A stretch of DNA of 64,000 bases, from positions 160,952,001-161,016,000 of the forward strand of contig NC_043000.1 of NCBI RefSeq assembly GCF_006345805.1, read 5' to 3'. The stretch's first letter is position 1, and every line of letters starts with the position of its first letter. Under the pieces are notes generated by a model, which worked only from the letters and a program-made list of their open reading frames with translations, was not told the DNA's origin and ran no database searches. Below are positions 52,461-64,000 of this stretch, piece by piece. Source of the DNA: Octopus sinensis. Lineage: Eukaryota. Made by a program: the position numbers and the translations under genes.

Positions 52461-53304
52461 GACCGACGTGATAATGATTCTGCCAGCTCACCATCTTAAC
52501 CCAGGTGTATTTTGCAAGGACATTTATATTCAAATGCATGCATATAGAAAAACAAATGGAATTTATTTTGGCTCTAATGGACGAAGTGTGTTCTATTTCT
52601 CTGATCTACGGAAGAAAATCCTTCTCGAATTAAATAGTTCTGAATGACTGAATATTCCACAGACACTTATGCATTTAATGCAAGGTAAAACACACTCTCA
52701 TATGAAGTCAGGCGCAATAAGACAGAGAATATAAGTCTATGTTAAGCATCTCTTTGAACTACAGGTACAGTCTATAGTATATGATAGTAAAAGTGCCTAA
52801 ATGTTCGACAGGCACTAACTTCAACTTGATCTCCAGGTAGATTCAACATGACACTACAGGTGCTTAGATTGGTTCACTAAATTTACATACAGGCAACCAA
52901 TATACTCCCAAGACATTTTGTATGAACCCATCTACACAGTTTCATTCCCAAATCTTACGTCGAGCCGAGGCCAAGCTATAAGACATATTTCAAGACGTTT
53001 CCTAGTGGGATCAATCATGAAATTTCAAGTTCATATTCATGACTTCTTAAATATTTTGCTTTGTCGTAACTTAGTGGTCAGGCAAAAAGTTTTAATCAAA
53101 TAAGTTTCGATCTTAAATGTGGAGCTAATATGGAATAAACTATTCAAGGCTGTGCCCCACCATACCAGCATTGCCACAGTCTGCTATCAGGAACAAGTAA
53201 AAGAATAAATGAATGAGAGAATATATATATATATATATTTTCCCTGTAATTTTCCCCTGTAAGTTTGGAGTTTTTATTATTATTATTAATTATTATTATT
53301 ATTA

Positions 53305-53773
53305 TTGAGTGAGAGAGCAGTTCATGCCATCAAGTGACACTGGGTTAAATATACGAAGCACAATATCCCATCATGACTACCCGTCTGATAAAGGTTACCA
53401 GGCACATGCATCACAACCATATGTGTGCGACATGGTGATCTCATATCAAGATAAAACAGCACATGATCTTGCAGGTGGGGCCCATTTAGAATTTTCTTCA
53501 GGTTGAGTAGCCCATCCGCTCAAAACGGTCCCTGAATAAGGGTTGTTAAGGATGTTGAAAGAACCACCATGTTTCCAGAGGTGAACTATTCAAACCCAAA
53601 AGAATCCCTCTCACACTGGCTATGATGCTCCCCCACTACTTCTGCTCGTGATCAGAGATGCACATATCGTCAGCCACTAAGGGACATGCTCAACTGGTTA
53701 AGGTCAAACAACTGACAAGCAAATCTGTGGTATTGAGCAGAATATTTGCTGTAGCCCATCTTTTATACCAGAC
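53305..53773 (-). mobile_element. Unclassified non-coding interspersed repeat (family C), longer copy
   Basis: Homologous to 47294-47595. The minus-strand 3' end CTGCTCTCTCACTCAA runs into (TAA)n, and a (TTA)n tract also lies just beyond the 5' end. Confidence 0.75.
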
Positions 53774-53834
53774 ACATGTACATGATAACACTTCCAATTA
53801 TTATTATATTATTATTATTATTATATTATTATTA

Positions 53835-53867
<33 letters not shown>

Positions 53868-53868
53868 C

Positions 53869-53918
<50 letters not shown>

Positions 53919-54141
53919 CATTATTATATATACACACATATAAGAGAGAGAGAGAGAGAGAGAGAAGGGGAGAAGGGAGATAAAGAGATGGATAGAGATG
54001 TGTGTGCAAGTATTATGTACGAATATGCATGTATGTATGTATGTATGTATATATACAGACATACACATACATCCTAAGGGGACTAAAGACGAGCAAGAAG
54101 GAGTACTCGTCAACGAAGAATCACCATCCATCTGAACATAG

Positions 54142-54241
54142 NNNNNNNNNNNNNNNNNNNNNNNNNNNNNNNNNNNNNNNNNNNNNNNNNNNNNNNNNNN
54201 NNNNNNNNNNNNNNNNNNNNNNNNNNNNNNNNNNNNNNNNN
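54142..54241. other. Assembly gap (100 N)
   Basis: A run of exactly 100 N, typical of an unsized scaffold join. Confidence 0.99.
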
Positions 54242-54322
54242 ATAGACAAGCATACAGACAGACAGAAAGATAGATAAATAGGTAAATAGATAGGTAGATA
54301 GATAGATAGATAGATAGATACT

Positions 54323-54368
<46 letters not shown>

Positions 54369-54700
54369 TAAATTTTAATCATTTCATTTTCCACCCTCAA
54401 ATTGCCTTTATTCAGTAATATTTAGTCATAAGTCTTTTATTCTGTTTTTATTTAATTTACACCATTTATCTGTCTACATACTTTACTATTTAGTCACACA
54501 CACTCATGTCTACTAGACTTTTCTATAAAGCTTGTAACAGTGTTTATCTACCGTATGTCTGTGAATTATACTATACAGTGTAATTCATAAGTCCCTGTAG
54601 TATTGAATGAAGTGGTAAATAAATATTTCTTGCTATTTTCTGTTTCGTTGTTTCCTTACAAATTATTTTTCATATTCTTAATACTCTTCTTCCAAGTATC

Positions 54701-54765
<65 letters not shown>

Positions 54766-54924
54766 ATATATGTATGTATATATGTATGTATATAAACTCA
54801 CACACATGCGCACACACACACCTATATATGTGTATATATACATACACATATATGTGTGTGTGGATACATGCATACATCTATATAAGAGTATGTACATGTA
54901 GGTACATATGTATACTTATGTATG

Positions 54925-54957
<33 letters not shown>

Positions 54958-55239
54958 ATATACACATACATACATACATACCTCACTAAATACATACATA
55001 TACATATATGCATGTATATGTAGGCGCATATATATACTTATGTGTCTATATACCCACATACAAACATGCACACACACATATAAATATATACGTATGTATA
55101 TATATATATACATAATACTTATACATGCCTATATATATGCCTATATATATATGCCTATATGTATATATATATATATAGGCATTTATTTATGCATACATAT
55201 ATATTTATGTATACAAGCAAGCATATATATATATATATA

Positions 55240-55940
55240 CTCAATCATGCACATACATACATACATACATACATACATACATACAAACATTCATACATAC
55301 ATACATACATACATACATACATACATGCATGCATACATACATACATACATACATACATACATACATACGTACATACATACATACATACATACAAACATAC
55401 ATACATTCATACTTACATACATACATAACATACATACATACATACATACATACATACATGCATACATACGTACATACATACCTACATACATACATACATA
55501 CATACAAAAATACATACTACATACATACATAATACATACATACATAAATACTACATACATACATTACATACATAAATACTACATACATACATACATAAAT
55601 ACATACATACATACATACATGCATACTACGTACATACATAATATACATACATACATACAAACATACATACATACATACATATATACATACAAACATACAT
55701 ACATACATACATACATAAATACATACATAACATACATACATACATACAAAAACATACATACATACAATACATAAATACATACATACATACATACATGCAT
55801 ACATACGTACATACATACATACATACATACATACATACAAACATACATACATACATACATTACATACATACATATATACATACATACATTCATACATACA
55901 TACATACATACATACATACATACATACATACATACATACA
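55240..55940. repeat. Long imperfect (ACAT)n microsatellite
   Basis: Direct reading. Confidence 0.95.
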
Positions 55941-56099
55941 CGTATTGACAATAAAGTTTAAAAAATGCTATGTTTGTCCCGAAAGTGACGCAACAGTTGC
56001 TTTAACATTTTTTAACGACCATAGGTCATTGAAATTGCTCTTGTCAGTCGAGTAACTATTCTTTTTAGTTATTTATTTTTTTGTTGTTGTTGTATAGCA

Positions 56100-57000
56100 A
56101 GCAAAGAATATGTTCACGGTCAAATCAACGTGCCCTCATTGACATGCTGAAGATTGAGAGGGGCCAAGTGGTTGAACTCCACAAAAGAATACATGCTGTT
56201 TATGAAGGTGATATCATTGACAATGTTTAGTGATAGGCAATGAAATCATTATATAAGATAACCAGTATTAAATAGAAAATATGTATTGGCAACCCGCCAA
56301 TTACACCCATAGACACAAACCTGAAAGGCGTGGCTAATTGATTCACGTGGGCAGAGAAGTCACCGAAGAAAGTAAGAGAGTTTGGGTATCTGCAGAGGGG
56401 TACCCAACTGTTGATACCCAATTTGAAGGAGGGAACTTTGAATGTTGATCTGATAACCGAAGAAGGTATGGTTTTCTTTACGATCTGATAACGCGAATGA
56501 AAATTGGGTGTATTTTGTAATCGGGAAATGAAAGCTGAGTCTATGAAACAGCATCGCACTGCTTGTTTATGGTCGGAAAAATGAAAGAATAAGCCAATTG
56601 TACAGAAGTCATAATGGCAAAAACGTCATTGTCCTTAATTTTGTGAAACGTGTCTCTACCGTGGACAGCGAACTGTACGTTGAGAGACGCGAAATGTTTA
56701 AAGAAGCCATTAAGAGAAGAGACCAAACATGAATATAATAACGCCCACACTGACCATGAAATGCGCTACTACACGCAACCTGGGTAGCAATGATGCAATA
56801 GGTAAATTGAGCTGGTCAGTAATTCCATCCACTGTACAATCCAGATTTGGTGTCCTCCAAATTCCACCTTGTTTCGTTCAATAAAAAATAGTCTTCAGAG
56901 TGAACAATTTGATGATTCAGTCGAGGCGAAAGTGGCTTTGAAGAATTAGGTAAAAGAAAATATGTCTGTTTCTTTTCAAAGAGGATCCGAAAGTTGGGTT
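56100..57000 (+). pseudogene. Degenerate mariner transposase relic
   Basis: QRALIDML...ELHKRIHAVYEG, an eroded NARPH-like motif, and HPLYNPDLVSSKFHL.FRSIKNSLQ (YSPDLAP-type motif). Confidence 0.7.
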
Positions 57001-59869
57001 AGGGTTGGGCAAATGTAAAATATAAATGTTTGCCCTCTACCAGTATTCGATCACAACTAGTTTAACTTCTACCTGGGATGGTCTGATGAATGGTGGTACG
57101 GTAAACGAGATATTCTGGATTATCTGAGACATGGGAGTAAACGGAGGATGGGAGTTGTAAATATTAATAAATGCAATAGTGAGAGGGTGAATGTTGAGGA
57201 GGAAGTGACAGGTATGCAGTGTAAGAGAGGGGTTGACAAGAATAGCATTAGAAATTCATTTGACCTCAGCTGACCACAGTTGGTGGAAATTTAAATTGAT
57301 GTTAAGGTGACTTAGGCCATCCTGGATGTTATTTGCTCTTCTCGCCTTTTCTCCTATGTATTTTCTTCCCTATTCTCACTAAAGATACGAGAGTGTCTCT
57401 TTGCTCACCATAGAATGAGACATACATTCCTGTCTCCTCTGTTTTATAGAATTCCTCCCAAAGAATGATTCCATCCATACAGTGGTAAAAGTAAGTGACA
57501 TACTAGAATACCTAGCTGTTTCGAGCATACAAAGACTGTTACATTGGTCTCTACAGAAACAAAAACAAGAGATTTTGGTGTTACTTTTTGTTAAATCTTG
57601 GAAAGACCAAAGTGGCATTACCATTCAGATTGGTAGATGAGGCTCTTCGAAGATATTGTGGGTTATTATAGCAGCATCTGCATTCACAGCATCAGAGTGG
57701 CTAATGGTTAGGGAAGGTAATTATAACTGGTTGCGCCATCTCAGTCATTCATGAACATGGTGATGAAATCAGCAGAAGTAGATTGTTCAGATTCTCAGAC
57801 AATGTCCAGAGTACAGAAGCCACCAGGCTTTACGTAAAATTGACTAAGAGCTTCAGCAATAGGTGGTGGCAAGCGGATTCTACAAGGTCTTAAGAAGCTT
57901 CAGTCATCGATAAACACAAACTTTAAAGAACCAAATTTAAGATTCCGCAGCTGAGAAGAAAACAAAAGGTGAAAATTCCACTTCACTTTATCAAAAAACA
58001 ACTACCACGACTTTGAACAATCAGTCAAGAAAAATATTCTTGAAAGCAATATCAAGGATAAAATAGCAAAACCAGCAGAAACCTTGATGCTTAGTTTATC
58101 AAGGATGCCAAATTTAGTTTACCTGGTCATTTCAAGGCTTAGATATACTATCATAACATCCTTTCTCTGTTACTACGTGATATTAGTTTATCAGTTGTGG
58201 TCCCCTGAAAAAGACGATCAGCAACTTTTTGAGGAAGAAGCTTTTGTTGAGACCATTATGAGAAAGGGTCAGACCTGGGCTGCTTTGCGAACAGGTAGAT
58301 CTGCAACAGCAAAAGAAAAGCAACATTATTTCCTTTACGATGTGCACGTAATTGTTGAGGAAGCACGGGTTACTTAGTTGGTGGGACTCAGTCATCAAGG
58401 AACTTGGCTAAGGTAGGTCAACATAGAGAAAAGGAATATCCCGTGACCCAGGCCATCTGTGATACCCAATCAAGTTTGACAAGCCTTTACGCTTAGGGTA
58501 AAAGTGAATCGCTCAGATGGACTTTCTCTGCAGGAAGAGGACCCCTTCAGCAAGTTCTCAGCAGCTTGACCAATGACCATTATCAATGTTGTCATGATCT
58601 GGTTATGAAGACTGTTCAGAGGATGTTGCCAATACAAATTCAGTCAAGTAAACGCCACTTCAGTCCAGTAAATACACAATTTCTGTGAGATTCAGTTATG
58701 TGAAATTCAGTCCAGTAAACACACAAGTTATGAGAATGAACGGAATCCATCCCCATAACTTAAAAGAGTCCATTTTTAGCTGTCACAAATTAGGCTGTGG
58801 TTGCTTTCCGCTACCAGACACGTCAAATAGATATGTATCTTTTTAAGCAGCTGACATACTCATGGAAAAATGAGAGACACATAAGAGAAAGCGGAGAACA
58901 TAGGTGGAGAAAGATGGAGAGGAAACATTGATACAAAGGTAGGAAAAGGTAGGAGTGTGAGAAAGAGAGAGAGAAAGAAATGCAATGATGACGTCGATTC
59001 GTTGAAATTTTATAGTTATTTCCAATGGCAGCTTTTGGCTGGTTTACGGGGTTTTCAAAAATCAATGAACATCACCGGAGCTGAAATAACAATTGCAATC
59101 CTTAACAGTAATTTTTCAGCCAAAATATTGTTTGTTGTTGAAACGGATTAATCGTGAAATCGTTTAAATATCGGTTTAGCTTTCTCCCAGAAATATTTAA
59201 ACAACGTGAAGTAGAGACTAGAAGCACTGAAGCAATACTGTTGCCAGTAAAGCGTTATATATCTTGTCATTGAAACACAATTTCACTGTAATTCTTTTTT
59301 TCAGTGACAATACACGGAGATCCTAATTCGTTAGTCATAATCTGAAGGGCATATTGAATCTCTACATTACTGCATCATATCACTTTCAGATATTAGCAAA
59401 GTATAGAGGGGGTGGATATCTGCTATATAATACAATATGCGGCATTCTTCCCCGTGGTAAAAAGATCTGACAGAAATAACATCTAAATCACCTTCAATGT
59501 ATATACAGATGTATATATGAATATTTATGGATGTATAACACAAATTGGAAGCCACTGCGTGGCTCCTAGTCCTCATAAAGTTGACAGCCAAATCTTTCTG
59601 AAGCTACATCTAGCTGGCCTTGGGTAAAATAGATGAAAGCAGTAATGTAAATCTGACTTCACTTTCAACCGTTATCGAAACGATTCCGTGAATTGTTCAA
59701 CGTGAATGATTCATACTCTCACCTCAAATACTTTCCCTTAATTTATTTATTTATGTAGCTAACTAGTTAGCAAGCTGGCTAGTTAGTAAGTTACATACTT
59801 AATTAGTTACTTATTTAATTATTTAGTTACTTGTTTGCTTGCTTCGCTGCTTACTTGCTTGCTTGCTTA

Positions 59870-60377
59870 CCGTAAATCCTCGAGTATAGTCCGCCCTTGA
59901 GTATAATAGGGGTCTGTAACTCTGAAAAACGCAAACTTTGTGTATAATACGCACCCCTTCTCTAACTTGAGTCGTGCGTAATTAAGCCAGCAGCACCTAG
60001 TCGAACAAACACTTCCGCGCATGTGTAGTACAATAATGGTGATGTTTTTAACTGTTATATGGGAATGTAAATATGTTTGCAAATTGTTTTTGTTACATGT
60101 TATTCTGTGTTCTGAATACTTTTATTTTAATAAATGTTGCTTACTGCAAGTTATGGATGATTCTTTTATGACTTCATTGCTTTCAGGCTTAGCTTAAGGT
60201 ATCTTCGTGCCCGGCATCACAAAATGCGTCGGAATAAACATTGTCGGACAGGAAATAGAGACACGGACATTGCTTAGAAAATATTTTTTTAATTTTTAAC
60301 CTCGTATATAGTACGCACTAGGGATTTTGACCTTTAAATTTTGGGGAAAAATGCGGATTATACTCGAGAATTTACGG
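59870..60377. mobile_element. Tc1/mariner-superfamily MITE (Tc2/pogo-like CCGTA termini)
   Basis: 25-bp TIRs CCGTAAATCCTCGAGTATAGTCCGC versus reverse-complement CCGTAAATTCTCGAGTATAATCCGC (2 mismatches), with a TA TSD on both sides. Confidence 0.85.
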
Positions 60378-60984
60378 TACGTACTTACTTACTTATTTGC
60401 TTACTTACTTATTTAACTAGTTCATTTTTACCATATTAAGATTTCGATGCTTTGAATTTCATAGATTCCAGTTGCAGAAAATAAATGAACAAATGAAACA
60501 ACAGATGAAAATTCCTCGATTTTTTCTTTCTTTTTTTCCTCCTGCATTTCCCTAGCTAGACATGATAGAAATTAAAAAATACAGTCGTACTTTCTTTAGA
60601 CCATAGATTTCTGTTGTAGGTATATATCTCTAACCAATTAAGCACCTTGAATTGACACTCCTGAAGTACCAGTTGAGCACTGGGGCTGATGTAATCGACT
60701 TACTCCCCCATCCTGAAATTGCTGGCAGTGTGTCAAAATTTGAAACCAAATATTTAAACCTATGTATTTAAACATATGAATTGACCAAATTCAAGAATAC
60801 TGTTGGGATTACAAAAAGTGGCCAAAAGTGTTTGGTGTTATCCCTGCCTAAGTGAAGGTGAAGATTTTCAGAGATCCTAAATTATTAATCTGTTATTTTA
60901 GAGTGAGCTTTAAAATTAGCATATTGTTATTATTTGTAACTGTGATGCAATACCTAAGATTCAATGGGTACTCTTGTTTTAGAA

Positions 60985-61282
60985 GATCTTGCTCCTTGGG
61001 ACTTCCATTTATTTATTTTTTTGTTCCTCCGAATGAAAAACGTCCTTAAAGGAAAACGTTTTCGAGATGTGGAAAAGGTGAAGAAAAAAAAAAACGACGG
61101 AGACGTTAAATGACATCAGACTACATGTGTTCCAGGACTGCTTCGAACAGTGGTAAACACACCTAGACCGATGCTTTCCGTCAAATGGAAAATTCTCTGA
61201 AGACGAGAGAAGTATAAATATGTAAAACTAAGTGAATAGAATAATACATGATTGATTCCGATTACTTTGGGTACACCCTCAT
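60985..61282 (+). pseudogene. Mariner 3' fragment
   Basis: DLAPWDF..LF.RMKNVLKGKRFRDVEKVK...FQDCFEQW, ending in the TIR-like TACACCCTCATA. Confidence 0.75.
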
Positions 61283-61290
61283 ATATATAT

Positions 61291-61367
<77 letters not shown>

Positions 61368-61386
61368 TGTATGTATATATATATAT

Positions 61387-62791
61387 ACTCTTTTACTCTT
61401 TTACTTGTTTCAGCCATCCGGCTGAGGCCATGCTGGGGCACCGCCCTTGTTGCTACCCTCTCTAAGTCCAGTTTGCCGTGGCTGGCCACTGATCTAAGAG
61501 AGAGTTTGTAGCTGCTGCCCTTAGGTTACCTTCGTACCTTGCAGTGGGTTCATCTGGGATCCCGGAAAGCAGCTTGTCTAGATGTTTTTTGAAAATGTCC
61601 ACATCCGCATCATGTAGATCTCTTAGTTTTCTTGGCAGTTTGTTGAACAGCTAAGGGCCCCTGAACCCCAGGCTATTACAGTATCTGCTCCTTACCCTGG
61701 ATGTGGAAGACGGGACCTTTGGCACCACACAGTGACGTCCTGTACGGGGATTGGAACAGCTCTCAATTCCAAAATTTGGTGCTAGTCCCTCCAGGATTTT
61801 CCATATGTATATCACTGCATATCTCTCTCGTCTTCGTTCCAAGGAGTACAAATTGAGTTCCTTAAGCCTCTCCCAATAGTTCTTTTCTTTCATGGTGGAA
61901 ATCCTCTTGGTGAAATGTCTTTGGATTGTCTCAAGCTCTGTGGTCAGTTTGACACTATGCGGTGACCACAGTTGGGAGCAGTAGTCCAGGCGGCTTAGGA
62001 CAAATGTCCTCCATAGTGTCAACATGGTCTCGCAGTCTCTTGTCCGGAATGTCCTCAGGATCCAGCCAGTGAGTCGTCTGCACGTTGTCGCCACCTTCGC
62101 GATGTGTGAAGAAAAAGATGCATCGTCACTCATGTCTATCCCCAGGTCCCGTATTGATTTCGATACTGGGATTTCGATCCCTCCTGGACCAGTATAGTTG
62201 TGTTGTAATGTATATGTGTTTACAGCTTGATATTGTAAGGCTTGAAATTCACCAGCATTAAATTGCATGTTGTTGTCTTCAGCCCATTTGTATATGGTAT
62301 CCAGATCTTGTTGTAAAAGGTCAGCATCAGTTGGGTTTTTGATTGCCTGTGCTACCTTTGTGTCATCAGCATAGCTAGTGAGGGATGTTGTTTGTGCTAC
62401 CAAGGGCATGTCAGAGAGCGCCACCAAAAACAGCAAGGGTCCCAAGACTGTGCCCTGTGGCACCCCGCTTGCTATTGGTGTCTTTCCCGAGAGGGCTCCA
62501 TTGGCTGCAACCATCTGGCTTCTGTCCTTCAGGAAGTCATGTATCCACTCACCTACTTTTCCTGTTATGCCGAGTCTGAGTAATTTGTGACATATCACTC
62601 CGTGGTCGACTTTGTCAAAGGCCTTCGCAAAGTCGAGATATACCACATCCACCTGTGAGCGATCCAGTAGTTGTTTCATTACCCAGTCGTAGTGTTGTAA
62701 CAGCTGCGTAAGGCAGCTTCTTCCTGGGCGAAAGCCATGCTGTGTGTCAGTGAGACGGTTAGTTGTCTTCGAGGAACGTGATCAGTTTTTT

Positions 62792-62795
<4 letters not shown>
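61387..62795 (-). pseudogene. 5'-truncated CR1/L2-type LINE (RT domain to 3' end)
   Basis: ORF 62679-61651 contains VDVVYLDFAKAFDKVDH, SGVPQGTVLGPLLF and YADDTK. The frame continues past a premature TAG (61651) to a natural stop at 61462-61464, followed by a short 3' UTR with a (TAAAAGAG)n tail. Confidence 0.93.
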
Positions 62796-62822
<27 letters not shown>

Positions 62823-62918
62823 GATATATATAATATATATATATTAGTATATATATATATATAATATATATATTATAATATTTATATATATATATATCTA
62901 TATATATATATATAATTA

Positions 62919-62969
<51 letters not shown>

Positions 62970-63237
62970 AGACAGCAAAAACCAACATAAAGTCAGATAA
63001 GAGAAAAAAATCTATCAGAAAAGAACTCTATCTCTCTTAAAAAATATCTTTTGATAAGCATAACAAATGCGCAACCGGTTAAAAGAACTTTCACCTAATT
63101 AAATACACTCTCCCTTACTTAAATTATTTTGTCAGCATTTTCTTCATTTGTTCGTTTATATATAATATATATATTAATATATATATATATATATAATATA
63201 TATATTATATATATATACATATAATTATATATGCTTA

Positions 63238-63830
63238 ACTGTGGCATGGGGATTTTCTTCGCCCCAAATGCGAACATTATGTTTTGCCATTCGTATGAAA
63301 TGTGGCCTCATCACTCAAAACAAGACGTTCTTTGAACTCGGTTTCTTCAAGTTTCTCTTGCAAATCCACACAGAATTGTTTGCGCTTTCGCTTGTCATCT
63401 GCCGTTATGACCTGAATGAGCTGCAGTTTGTTGTGTTTCATTAGCAAGCGCTTCTTCAGAACGCGCGAAACTGTCATTTGAGGAATCTAGGTTTTCAGAC
63501 GTCTTCTTCTTATAGACTTCTTAGAGGTTCGCAAGTGTTTTTATCGAACCCGCTCGGCCGTCTCTTCCGATGTTAGTGGTCGTCCAGATCCTTTTGCCCT
63601 GCATAGACAGCCTTCCTTTTTGAACTTTTGTGCTATGTCCAAATATGCTTTGCCTTGGTGACTTTTTAGAGAACTCTCTCACAAACGCACGCTTCACAGT
63701 CTTGTTCAACTGTGCTCGAGCATATTTCAACACAAAAAAGACATTTTCTCTTCCAGTGAATGCCATTTCGATACCTGAAAAGATAAACATATCAAATATT
63801 AAACATAAAATTTTGACGTACACATGCTTA
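63238..63830 (-). pseudogene. Tc1/mariner (maT/rosa-like, DUF4817-type HTH) transposase 5' fragment, frameshifted
   Basis: MAFTGRE.VF.VLKYARAQ.NKTVKRAF, then RVLKKRL..K..KLQLIQ...LVLSDEATFHTNGK..HNVRIWGEENPHA. Confidence 0.85.
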
Positions 63831-64000
63831 CTGCCCACAAGAGGCTACGCACAGAGGGGACAAACAAGAGGAGACAAACGGATCAAGTCGATTATATCGA
63901 TCCCAGTGCATAACTGGTACTTATCTAATCGACCCCGAAAAGATGAAAGGCAAAGTCGACCTCGGCGGAATTTGAACTCAGAACGTAGCGGCAGGCGAAA
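63830..64000 (-). mobile_element. SINE family B copy (cut by the window edge)
   Basis: Reverse complement of the core and B-box region. Confidence 0.8.

Noticed and set aside
57000-58800. Unique-looking 1.8-kb stretch, possibly an old LINE or exons
   Set aside because: No motif could be recognised with confidence in any frame; a translated homology search is needed.

Overview
AT-rich, microsatellite-dense animal genomic DNA. The repeat families point to an octopus or related cephalopod (inference; no database search was possible). I found no host protein-coding exon I can support. Most ORFs in the track are translations of microsatellites, and the only recognisable coding sequence belongs to transposons. 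Retroelements present: an R4/Dong-type RLE LINE stacked in (TAA)n tracts, CR1/L2-type LINE fragments, a Tx1-like relic, a Penelope GIY-YIG relic, and many copies of two tRNA-type SINE families. DNA transposons present: several Tc1/mariner relics and MITEs. The most notable signal is a set of non-coding, (TA)n-flanked repeat units that each carry a type I hammerhead ribozyme fold. These are a ~555-nt unit in a head-to-tail array with an inverted copy (8291-10645), a ~644-nt terminally redundant unit (17425-18155), a ~480-nt circularly permuted unit (18169-18862), and two short elements with variant cores (6628, 39350). The 555-nt and 644-nt units share a downstream hairpin and a helix with a compensatory base-pair change. 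Together these look like a cephalopod family of retrozyme-like or non-autonomous Penelope-derived self-cleaving RNA elements. Self-cleavage, expression and circularisation are untested. There is a 100-N scaffold gap at 54142-54241. Some single-base indels may be sequencing errors.
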